DNA from: Lysinibacillus sp.
GTDB taxonomy: Bacteria; Bacillota; Bacilli; Bacillales_A; Planococcaceae
Direction of reading: 5' to 3'
Assembly: GCA_032053185.1 (NCBI GenBank)
Contig: DAMBVB010000004.1
Coordinates: forward strand, 77,900-141,899
Length of the DNA: 64,000 bases
Below the pieces are notes generated by a model, which searched no databases, was not told where the DNA came from, and saw only the letters and a list, made by a program, of their open reading frames with translations. The translations under genes were made by a program, and so were the position numbers. Below are positions 8,568-16,983 of the stretch, one piece after another (position 1 is the first letter of the stretch; each line of letters starts with the position of its first letter).

Positions 8568-9896
8568 TTACACTTCTATTTTTTGATTTTCTAATTTTGT
8601 AACTTGCTGTTCGTTTTGAGATTCTGTTTGAGCAGCTCGTACTTCATTGTGCTTGGCCATGCGGTTTGCTATTGAAATGAACGGTAAATAAATACAAACC
8701 GCGACTACAATTAAGACTATACTAAGGGCAGCTCCTTGCCAAGATTGGGTTGCTAAAAATCCATTAATAATCGGTGGCGTTGTCCATGGCGGTGAAACCG
8801 TAGCTGCTGGCACAAAGCCCCACTTCGTTGCAAAGAAAGCAATGGTTACATTAACCATTGGTGTCAAAATAAACGGTACAAATAACACAGGATTTAACAC
8901 GATTGGAAGACCGAAAAGTAATGGTTCATTAATATTGAAAATCCCTGGTGCCGCCGACAATTTTCCGACGGCATTATATTGCTTATTCTTTCTAGCGAAA
9001 ATGAAAATGGCAATAATAAGGGCTATTGTCGTACCGGAACCACCCATATTAATGAAGGCATCAAAGAATGGTTTATTTACGATATATGGTGCTATTTCAC
9101 CAGATGAAATCGCTTTTACATTCGCTTCTATAGCTGGTAAATTTATCGTTTGCATAAATGGTTCGATAATGTTAGCACCATGAACACCTAAAGTCCATAA
9201 AAACGTAGGAATGAATGCTAAAAGTAAAGCCGCAACCCATGAATTCGTTAAGCCCATAAACGGCTCTTGAATGGCTGTGTAGAATGAACCGACAATATCA
9301 GGAATATCAAAGCCTGCCGAAATAATTGTACGCACTAGCGCAAATAAACCAATTGTAATAATAGCAGGTAATAATGCGGCGAAAGATTTTGAAACAGCCG
9401 GTGGTACTCCATTCGGCATTTTAATTAACAGCTTAGGATTGCCAGTCAATTTACAAAATAATTCAGTTGACAGCAACGCAATAATAATGGCTATAAATAT
9501 ACCACCTGTACCTGTCGTTAACCCTGTTAATCCACCTTCACCAAAGGTACCAAACGTCAAATAAGTAGAAAAACTGATTACACCAGCAGAAAGTCCATCC
9601 TTGTCGTAACTTTTTGCAAGATTATAAGCAATTGTGAAAGCTAATAACAGAGAGATGATTCCAAATGTTGCTCCCCAAACATTACCGCCCCATTGTGTCC
9701 AAGTTTCATGCTTCCAGATGGCATCGAGCGCATTTTGATAAAATTTGATAGGCAAATTATTAACAAGAACCGCAAGTGATCCAACAATTGTCAATGGCAT
9801 GATTGTTATAAATCCATCTCGAATGGCAACTAAATGACGCTGATTCCCTACTCTAGCTGCGACTGGCACAAATTTTTCTTCTAAAAAACGGAACAT
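8568..9896 (-). CDS. PTS EIIC component, lactose/cellobiose (Lac) family
   Basis: Polytopic membrane protein. The N-terminus MFRFLEEKFVPVAARVGNQRHLVAIRDGF is the canonical EIIC-Lac start. I chose the internal Met (the ORF track starts 9 nt upstream). Confidence 0.85.
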   Translation of the reverse strand: MFRFLEEKFVPVAARVGNQRHLVAIRDGFITIMPLTIVGSLAVLVNNLPIKFYQNALDAIWKHETWTQWGGNVWGATFGIISLLLAFTIAYNLAKSYDKDGLSAGVISFSTYLTFGTFGEGGLTGLTTGTGGIFIAIIIALLSTELFCKLTGNPKLLIKMPNGVPPAVSKSFAALLPAIITIGLFALVRTIISAGFDIPDIVGSFYTAIQEPFMGLTNSWVAALLLAFIPTFLWTLGVHGANIIEPFMQTINLPAIEANVKAISSGEIAPYIVNKPFFDAFINMGGSGTTIALIIAIFIFARKNKQYNAVGKLSAAPGIFNINEPLLFGLPIVLNPVLFVPFILTPMVNVTIAFFATKWGFVPAATVSPPWTTPPIINGFLATQSWQGAALSIVLIVVAVCIYLPFISIANRMAKHNEVRAAQTESQNEQQVTKLENQKIEV

Positions 9897-9949
9897 TTCA
9901 CACACTCCCTTTATGTTTTTATTGTGACATTAAAGCTAATGCTATTCCC

Positions 9950-10270
9950 CTATTCCCCTTTGATGCGTTCATACAACTCAATCATTTCAGTTGCTAAATC
10001 ACGAAATGTAATGGCATTCATTAAATGATCCTGCGCGTGAATTAACAGCATCGACACTTCTACTTTTTCTCCCCTTGCCTCTTGTGACAATAGAGCCGTC
10101 TGAGAATGATGCGCTTCAATCAATGCATCATTAGCTAACTGTATTTTGTCCTTCGCTTCTTGAATCTGCCCATTTTTTGCAAGCTGGATAGCCTCCATAC
10201 ACTCACTTTTCGTATTACCACTGTGCACAATCAGCCCCATAATGGATTCCATCAAAACCGTTTCTTCCAT
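9950..10270 (-). CDS. PTS EIIA component, lactose/cellobiose family
   Basis: 106 aa helical protein. GLIVHSGNTKSECMEAI...LLIHAQDHLM carries the active-site His context. Confidence 0.85.
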   Translation of the reverse strand: MEETVLMESIMGLIVHSGNTKSECMEAIQLAKNGQIQEAKDKIQLANDALIEAHHSQTALLSQEARGEKVEVSMLLIHAQDHLMNAITFRDLATEMIELYERIKGE

Positions 10271-10284
10271 TGTCTTCCCCCCCT

Positions 10285-10596
10285 TTAACCAATCAACTGT
10301 AACGCCTGCTTTAAAACATTTTCGCCATTCATCATGCCGTAATCCATCATATTAATGACATCAATTGGAAAATCCATGTCCTTGTATTTTGTTTCAAATG
10401 TTCCTTTTAAGTAACGGACTTGTGGACCCAATAGCAGCACATCAGCCGTTTTCGTAGCTAATACTTTGTCGACCTCACTTTCAGCAATCGCATAAATTTC
10501 GGCCTCAATGTTTTGTTCTTGTGCGGCTTTTTGCATCTTTGACACTAGTAAACTAGTACTCATTCCCGCCACGCACACTAGCATAATGTTTTTCAT
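10285..10596 (-). CDS. PTS EIIB component, lactose/cellobiose family
   Basis: 103 aa. MKNIMLVCVAGMSTSLLVSKM carries the phospho-Cys motif. Confidence 0.85.
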   Translation of the reverse strand: MKNIMLVCVAGMSTSLLVSKMQKAAQEQNIEAEIYAIAESEVDKVLATKTADVLLLGPQVRYLKGTFETKYKDMDFPIDVINMMDYGMMNGENVLKQALQLIG

Positions 10597-10635
10597 AAAA
10601 ACACTCCTTTTTATGATTAAGTTCTAATTTATCTA

Positions 10636-10649
10636 TGAAACCGCTTTCT
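10636..10649. promoter_or_regulatory. Candidate CcpA cre site upstream of the PTS EIIB-EIIA-EIIC-DUF871 operon
   Basis: TGAAACCGCTTTCT matches the cre pattern TGWAANCGNTNWCA at 13 of 14 positions. Confidence 0.5.
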
Positions 10650-10670
10650 TAAGATGAGAATAGCATTAAT

Positions 10671-10682
10671 TGGTATATACCA
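10671..10682. promoter_or_regulatory. Candidate GntR/HutC (NagR/DasR-type) operator
   Basis: A perfect 12-bp palindrome TGGTATATACCA (TGGT-N4-ACCA core) lies 75-86 nt upstream of the EIIB start. Confidence 0.5.
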
Positions 10683-10869
10683 CAATACACTTTTTACACT
10701 ATTTCCTTCCTTGTAAAAAGACTTTAAAAATTGGGCTATATCTCTGTTACAGACTACTGAATGGATTCACCTAACTGGTATAGTCCAGAAAAAGGTTCAA
10801 AAAAATTTAAATTTTCAGAACTAACTGCATACATATCCACTTTTCAACACATGACACGACATCGATACA

Positions 10870-11124
10870 CTGCCGCTTTCGCGCAGATAAACAATGCGTT
10901 CGGAATCTGCTTTGTGCTTAGGCCTGCAGATGTTTTTTGTGCGAAAGCGCAGCGACAGCAACAGATGTTTTTTGTGCGAAAGCGCAGCGACAGCAACAGA
11001 TGTTTTTTGTGCGAAAGCGCAGCGACAGCATGATGAGGCCAATACGATGTCGGTCATTTCTGTTCTTAGTCTGTGTTCCCTATTTCAGCGGGTTTTTCGA
11101 CACTTGCTAAAAGAAGTTAAAAAT
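10870..11124 (+). repeat. Mosaic repeat type B, composite copy with three 35-bp units
   Basis: ACAATGCGTTCGGAATCTGCTTTGTGCTTAGGCCTGC aligns with the 3080-3045 linker. The hairpin TTTCAGCGGGTTTTTCGACACTTGCTAAAAGAAGTTAAAAA at the 3' end overlaps the GNAT stop codon. Confidence 0.85.
10927..11030. repeat. Tandem 35-bp units (3 copies) centred on GTGCGAAAGCGC
   Basis: CAGATGTTTTTTGTGCGAAAGCGCAGCGACAGCAA starts at 10927, 10962 and 10997. Confidence 0.95.
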
Positions 11125-12292
11125 ATTCATAGAATGCTGGTTTATTAGAAGGTAACGCTTGCTGCCATCGATCAATAATGTCCTCAGCCAATTGTTGATT
11201 TGCATACAAGACTGTATCCTTTACAGAAAGATAGCCCACCATCATCGCTGAAAAAAGATTAATTGGTAATGTTAACATATGCATTTCTGGGATAGAATTT
11301 GTCTCAACTATCGAGACATTTCCATTTTTATTTATGCTATATGCGTGCTCATTCCAACTACAAAATGCATCTTCAATTTGAATATATAACGGCTCCTGAA
11401 TAACACCCCACGGATAATGCTGCATAAACTTTAAAGCGTCCACTATTCTTACCATCACATCCTGAACGACTTCCTTTTTAAACTGTGGTTCTTTAAAATA
11501 GAAACCGAATGGATGGTCGTTAGAAGCAACTCCCTTAATGCTACTTACACTCGCCGCATGAGACGTTATAAAACGCCAAATCGCATGTTCTGCTAGTAAA
11601 TCCCTAGCTATAAAATCTTGAATCTCAAACGTTCCATCCTGAATGATATAGCGAATATAACCTGCAATATTATCATCCTTAAAATATGCCGCAAAATGAC
11701 TATCAGGCGCCCTTCTCTCGATTCTTTTCCACCAAGCATCATCTCGTAGCATACTTCCATTATTAAAAAGCGACTGTGCATTATGAAAATCCTTAATCGC
11801 CTGAAAAAGATCACGATCCGGCCATTCAAAGCTCATACGTCTCACTTCGTCTAATTGCTTTCCAAAAGAAGGAAACAGCAATTGTGGAATGGTGTAACAT
11901 AGCTTTTCAAAAAATAATTCCCAGCCAAAGTAACGATAAAAGGATACGGAAAATGGTGCCAACACAGAAATGCTCTGCCCATTCTCTCGCATTTTCTTTA
12001 GTGCCTCTATCATAAGCTTTTTGATAATACCTTGTTGCCGATATTCAGGATATGTTGCAACAAAACCAATTCCGCCCATCTTATAATTTTCACCATGAAT
12101 TGTCATATTTAGTGGCAATATGAGTAGCTGTCCAACTACTTTATGTTCATCGTAAGCACCCAATGTTGTGCTATGCTCAATCCAATAGTGAAAATCATCG
12201 CGCCTCGCCCCCGTATACTTATTAGAAAAACAATAATCTCTTAATTGATGTACCTGTAAATAATCTTTTGGAGGGATTATTTTTATTTCCAT
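11117..12292 (-). CDS. GNAT N-acetyltransferase with C-terminal SCP2-like domain (Eis-like)
   Basis: 391 aa. The acetyl-CoA motif PEYRQQGIIKKLM and the length and architecture fit Eis-family acetyltransferases. Confidence 0.7.
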   Translation of the reverse strand: MEIKIIPPKDYLQVHQLRDYCFSNKYTGARRDDFHYWIEHSTTLGAYDEHKVVGQLLILPLNMTIHGENYKMGGIGFVATYPEYRQQGIIKKLMIEALKKMRENGQSISVLAPFSVSFYRYFGWELFFEKLCYTIPQLLFPSFGKQLDEVRRMSFEWPDRDLFQAIKDFHNAQSLFNNGSMLRDDAWWKRIERRAPDSHFAAYFKDDNIAGYIRYIIQDGTFEIQDFIARDLLAEHAIWRFITSHAASVSSIKGVASNDHPFGFYFKEPQFKKEVVQDVMVRIVDALKFMQHYPWGVIQEPLYIQIEDAFCSWNEHAYSINKNGNVSIVETNSIPEMHMLTLPINLFSAMMVGYLSVKDTVLYANQQLAEDIIDRWQQALPSNKPAFYEYF

Positions 12293-12352
12293 ACGCTAGA
12301 TCACCCCTTTTCAGTACTGAATATTCGCGCAATTCAAAATAAACTTAATAGA

Positions 12353-12857
12353 TTATTTTTCACATATTTCTCGACCTCTGATGCTGTGGAAATCATGTTG
12401 AATATTTTCCGTGGCATTTTTCATCCCGACTACCGCTGGAATCTCTACCGTTCGTGCGAGAATAGCAGCATGAGATGTTTTGCCACCAATATCCGTTATA
12501 AACCCTTTTACATATGTTGTATCTAGCATCGCAAGCATGGGCGGTGTTACATCTTTAGCAACGATGATAATATCAGAGGTTGAACGATTCAAATCCACCA
12601 TTTCAACCCCTAATAAATGGGCTAATACTCGTTTAGACACATCTCGAATATCTGCGACTCGCTCCTGCATATAGACGTTTTCCAGCCCTTCAAACATTGC
12701 AATGAACATATTTGATATTTCATCTAATGCAAATTCGGCATTCACCCCTGATTGAATTTTCGCTTCACTCTTCAAAAGTTAGATCTGGTTCTTTTAAATA
12801 ATACGCGTTCGCAAAGGCAATACCTCGAGAAACAGCAATTCCTTGTATTTCTAGCAT
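12353..12857 (-). pseudogene. ptsI: PTS enzyme I (ptsI) remnant: frameshifted near codon 30 and truncated after the phospho-His domain
   Basis: ATG 12857 overlaps the stop of the HPr gene (ATGCTAG). It reads MLEIQGIAVSRGIAFANAYYLKEPDLTFEE and then a stop. The next frame carries GGKTSHAAILARTVEIPAVVG (EI active-site His) and ends about 205 residues into a family of about 570 aa. No PEP-binding domain follows. Confidence 0.8.
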
Positions 12858-13120
12858 TCTTCACCAATTCCTTTAGAAACTATTACTTCTGTTATTGTTT
12901 GAAAAAGTTTCTCGGCATCAGGCCCCTCTGCTGAAATTTCTATAATGCTTCCAGGTGCTACTCCTTGTGCCATAACGCCCATAATTGATTTTAAATTGAC
13001 CGATTTCTCTTTATACGTTAACTGAACATCACTCTCAAACGGTGTTACAGCCGTTACCAGTAACGCAGCTGGTCTAGCATGTAGTCCCTCTGGCGCTGTT
13101 ATTTTAAACATTTTCTTCAT
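12851..13120 (-). CDS. ptsH: HPr-like phosphocarrier protein
   Basis: Internal start MKKMFKITAPEGLHARPAALL (His-15 motif) with KSIMGVM (Ser-46 motif). GGAGGG RBS. Confidence 0.85.
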   Translation of the reverse strand: MKKMFKITAPEGLHARPAALLVTAVTPFESDVQLTYKEKSVNLKSIMGVMAQGVAPGSIIEISAEGPDAEKLFQTITEVIVSKGIGEEC

Positions 13121-13137
13121 CGATATCCCTCCGCATG

Positions 13138-13857
13138 TCATTTAAAATTAATACGATGTTGATAATGGGTAATCATCGCTTCATTATGAGACAAATTAGC
13201 GTCAACATTATTACTTTTAAAAACTGGTAATGTTTCGTCAGATAAAGCCATGTTCTCAATGACTTCACTAAATAATGCATGTAAAATAAATGAACCGATT
13301 ACTGTAGAGGATGGTGCATACTGTATGTCATTGTGATACAGCAAACCATCTCCTATTGGTATATGTGTATCGATAACTAAATCTACTACATCCTCTAAGC
13401 GCAGTCCACTTTGATGATGTGTCGGCTGTTCGCAATAAGCAAGAGATTGCAAAGACATGACCAGCACGCCCATTTCTTTTGCTAAAAATGCTACATCTAT
13501 CGGCGCTTGATTTCTTCCGGATGTCGAAATAACTATACAAACATCATGTTCACGAAAATCAAAATGGTCTTTATACCGTTCAATGATAGTCGGGTCTTTC
13601 TCGTTTTTAGATGATGTCATTGCTCCTGCATGTAAAGTTAAAGGTTCAATAATGATAGGACGTACAGGTACAAGCCCTCCCGCACGATAAAATGCGTCCT
13701 GTGCTAGCAGTTGTGAATGGCCACAACCAAATAATTGGACAATTCCACCGCGTCGAAGCCTTTGGACAATTAATTGTGCGGCTTCTTGTATTTGGGCATA
13801 TTCTTGCTCCTTCACGACCTGCATTTGCTTTTGAATTTCTAGAAAATATGCATCCAT
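13138..13857 (-). CDS. SIS (sugar isomerase) domain protein, UPF0309-like
   Basis: LFGCGHSQLLAQD and VISTSGRNQAPID are SIS motifs. I chose the start at MDAYFLEIQ (13857) to remove a 77-nt overlap with the upstream GntR gene. Confidence 0.75.
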   Translation of the reverse strand: MDAYFLEIQKQMQVVKEQEYAQIQEAAQLIVQRLRRGGIVQLFGCGHSQLLAQDAFYRAGGLVPVRPIIIEPLTLHAGAMTSSKNEKDPTIIERYKDHFDFREHDVCIVISTSGRNQAPIDVAFLAKEMGVLVMSLQSLAYCEQPTHHQSGLRLEDVVDLVIDTHIPIGDGLLYHNDIQYAPSSTVIGSFILHALFSEVIENMALSDETLPVFKSNNVDANLSHNEAMITHYQHRINFK

Positions 13858-13861
13858 AGAA

Positions 13862-14617
13862 TCACCTTTTAATTTCACTAATGAATTTGTATCGATCAGC
13901 TCGATAAGTACTTCGCACAAGCTCGAACGGGACTCCATCAGATAAATAACTTGTACGTTTAATAATTAACACAGGTGCAGTATGATTAATTTGTAAAAAT
14001 TTACTATCTTCTTTCGGAACAATTGCTGCTTCCATTTGCTGGATGGCATTTCCGATTTTCTGATGGAATTTTGCTTCAATTAACGCATACAATGACCCCA
14101 TTATTTTCTTTTCATCTAATTCTGGATATACTTTCACAGGAATATAGGTTCTTTCAATTGCCATTGGCTTGGAATCTGCACTACGAATCCGTACAACGAA
14201 GAATACCTCTTCGCCCGGCTCTAACATTAAATCTCTTGCAATATCAACGGGACATACGATTTTTTCAAAGCGTAAAACTTTACTACTAGGTTCCATTCCC
14301 CTAACCCGCATATCCTCTGTGAAACTAGTTAATCCTTTTAGCGGTTGTTCTAATTTTGGATTAGCGACATATGTACCCCTCCCTTTTTCACGATACAGCA
14401 ATCCGCTATTAACTAAACTTGTGATTGATTGACGAACAGTCATTCTACTAACATCAAACTGCATAGAAAGCTCTCGCTCAGAAGGTATATTTTCACCGAT
14501 TTTGTATTCTTCTAAATAAATACGTTGTTTAATGACTTCTTCTATTTGTATATAGATAGGTATATGAGAATTTTTATCTAACATGTGTTGCACCATCCTT
14601 ATCGCCTCTACTTTCAT
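13862..14617 (-). CDS. GntR/HutC-family transcriptional regulator (NagR/YvoA-like, UTRA effector domain)
   Basis: 251 aa. The wHTH is IPSERELSMQFDVSRMTVRQSITSLVNSGLLYREKGRGTYV. Its start overlaps the nagA stop (ATGA). Confidence 0.85.
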   Translation of the reverse strand: MKVEAIRMVQHMLDKNSHIPIYIQIEEVIKQRIYLEEYKIGENIPSERELSMQFDVSRMTVRQSITSLVNSGLLYREKGRGTYVANPKLEQPLKGLTSFTEDMRVRGMEPSSKVLRFEKIVCPVDIARDLMLEPGEEVFFVVRIRSADSKPMAIERTYIPVKVYPELDEKKIMGSLYALIEAKFHQKIGNAIQQMEAAIVPKEDSKFLQINHTAPVLIIKRTSYLSDGVPFELVRSTYRADRYKFISEIKR

Positions 14618-15791
14618 TTCTCAAATACAACTTTACCCCGACAAATAGTTTTTTGTACATTTAAATTTTCATCTAGTAGAACAAAATCTGCATCATAGCC
14701 TTCTGCAATACGACCTTTAGTTGGAAGCTGTAATTGCTTAGCAGCATTCGTAGAGGACATTGCAACAAGTTCCTGCAATGAGCAATTAGTGATTGCTTTC
14801 ATATTTTTTACGGCCTGCTCCATCGTTAATACACTACCCGCTAAAGCCCCATTACATAAATGAGCTCCATCCTTAGAAACATGAACGGTTTGACCACCTA
14901 AATCATAATCACCATAATGTAAGCCTTTTGCCCGCATCGCATCGGTAATTAAGATAATACCCTTCGCGCCTTTTATACGATACGCTAGCTTAATAGCTTG
15001 AGGATGACTATGCACGAAATCTGCAATAATTTCAGTCTTTACTAGGTCATCTAAAAGCACTGCACCAACGACACCTGGATGACGATGATGGAAAGGGCGC
15101 ATTTGGTTAAATAAATGTGTAGCCTGTCTTACGCCCAATGTTACTGCCCTATCCACCTCCTCAATAGATGCATCAGAATGGCCAATGGAAGCAATAACAT
15201 TTAAATCCTTTAATGATTCAATAAAGGTAAATCCCCCTCTACCTCAGGTGCAATTGTGACTTGTTTAATGCGTTGCTTACTCACGCTCTGCCAGAATGCA
15301 AATCGCTTGGTAGACGGTAAAATAATGTATTCTATTGGCTGAGCCCCTGCCCGTTTTTTCGATACATATGGCCCCTCTACATGTATACCCAATAAACTTG
15401 CCTCATCATCATTATGTTCAAATTGAGCAACATTGGCTAAAGCGCTTTCAATTGCTTCTATAGATTGCGTCATTGTTGTAGCAAGGAAGCCTGTAACGCC
15501 TTCCTGTACTAAAGAACGTGCGATTTGATGTAATGCTAATTGCGTAGCATCCATTACATCATGCCCAGCAGCGCCATGTATGTGCATATCAATATAGCCA
15601 GGTAGCAGTAACCAATTTTTATCTCTACCATCAATATAATGCTCAGCCCGATCAGATAAGTTAGTACTTATTTTAATAATCCTACCATTATCAATGAATA
15701 GGTCGCCCTGAAACGGTGCTCCATCATGATTGATTATCGTAACATTGGAAATTAAAAGCGTATTGTTCAATACATCACCCCCCTTAGTCAT
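14614..15791 (-). pseudogene. nagA: N-acetylglucosamine-6-phosphate deacetylase split by a single frameshift in a G5 (plus-strand C5) run
   Basis: ORFs 15210..15791 (HIHGAAG metal motif) and 14614..15156 (THLFNQM motif) are two halves of NagA. Shifting frame at GAGGGGGAT (plus 15233-15237) restores ...EGGFTFIESLKDLNVIASIGHSDASIEEVDRAV. Confidence 0.85.
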
Positions 15792-15832
15792 TTTTTGAAG
15801 AGCTTTACTGAGTTAACAAGCTATCATTTAAT

Positions 15833-15854
15833 TTGGTATAGTTGTCTATACCAA
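15833..15854. promoter_or_regulatory. Candidate GntR/HutC operator upstream of the nagA-gntR-SIS-ptsH operon
   Basis: TTGGTATAG-TTGT-CTATACCAA has perfect 9-bp inverted arms with the same TGGTATA half-site as 10671-10682. It lies next to a TATAAT-like element on the minus strand. Confidence 0.55.
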
Positions 15855-15918
15855 TTATATGACACTTTTACATAAATAAAAAGTATTTTTTGTATTTTCT
15901 AAATTTTCTATCTACAAT

Positions 15919-16060
15919 GCCATAAGGTTCATTTCCGTTCTGACTAGGCGCTTTCTTAGGGGGCAACAGGTGTTTATTGCGAGAAAGCTAGGCGGCAGCA
16001 TCCCAAGGAGTCGCCTAGTATCCCGCTCCAATCAACCTATATAGCATACGTTTCCTCAAT
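15919..16060 (+). repeat. Mosaic repeat type A, short copy (arms plus one module)
   Basis: GGTTCATTTCCGTTCTGACTAGGCGCTTTC ... CCCAAGGAGTCGCCTAGTATCCCGCTCCAATCAACC. Confidence 0.85.
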
Positions 16061-16067
16061 CTACGCC

Positions 16068-16585
16068 TTATTCATCACCTGCTAAAGCAATTCTTTTTTC
16101 GAAAATAGATTGGACAAATTGCTCTTTATACGATGTATATTCATCAATTCCCTTTAAATTGCTGTTCAGAAAGTTCAATTTTAACTTTTCATACTGCCTT
16201 TTGATTGATTCATTTGCATTTAAATAATCGCTAAAAACAATAAATCACACCACTTTTTTCTTGATAATGCAGCAAATGAACAAAATGTGTTTCGACTTCA
16301 AATATGTCGTCTGTAAACTTCGCAAATACAATTTCTGCTGGTCTTTCTACACGCAATCAGCTTTTCTCATTTCTTTTAAAAAAGAATCTAAACTAGTATG
16401 ACTATCATCAATACCCATCAAAATATCGATCACCGGCTTTGCTTGAATTCCCTCAATCGATGTACTACCAATATGTTGAACACGATCAAATTGGCTATTC
16501 GTTTATTCTATAATGTCGAAACGAACTCGGATAATTTCATTTTTCCATGCACTATCATAGGGCAATTTTCACTTCATTCTTTTTT
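16068..16585 (-). pseudogene. GrpB-family (UPF0157) gene remnant with in-frame stops and frameshifts
   Basis: Own translation: LPYDSAWKNEIIRVRFDIIE*TNSQFDRVQHIGSTSIEGIQAKPVIDILMGIDD...*...YEKLKLNFL...YTSYKEQFVQSIFEKRIALAGDE*. HIGSTS..G..AKP.IDI is the GrpB signature. Confidence 0.7.
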
Positions 16586-16983
16586 AAGCCAAGAATCATT
16601 GTCAATTCTCCCCTACAAATATGCAGTTGTCTTTTTGAATAACCATTTATTCGCACTAAAAAAGGAGCTAATTTTACGCTCCTCTTTGTGCTTATTTACT
16701 ATGTATGACGAATCCCGATTGTGCAGTTATGCCAAGAAACATTCGTTTTGAACCCGCAATTCGCAGGGGGGTGCCCGCTTTGCAGCTTTAAACGTCCCGC
16801 TCCGCGTGGGGCTTGTTTGCGACTACAAAATGAAGGCTCCCGATTCTAAAATGTTCGGTCAAAACTGTTAAGTAGAGCTAGCAATTAGACAAACACTTCA
16901 GGATTCGTATTACAGTTATCATAACATTACCCGTCTGATAATTCAAACTATTTTCTTTTTAAAAATTTAAATTCTTGCGAAAA

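Noticed and set aside
13862-13938. An apparent 77-nt overlap between the SIS gene and the GntR gene in the ORF track.
   Set aside because: It is resolved by using the internal Met (MDAYFLEIQ, 13857) for the SIS protein. The upstream codons lie within the GntR coding sequence.
16398-16751. A 117-aa plus-strand ORF.
   Set aside because: It is antisense to the GrpB remnant, whose HIGSTS..AKP.IDI signature is on the minus strand. It has no RBS and an implausible composition.
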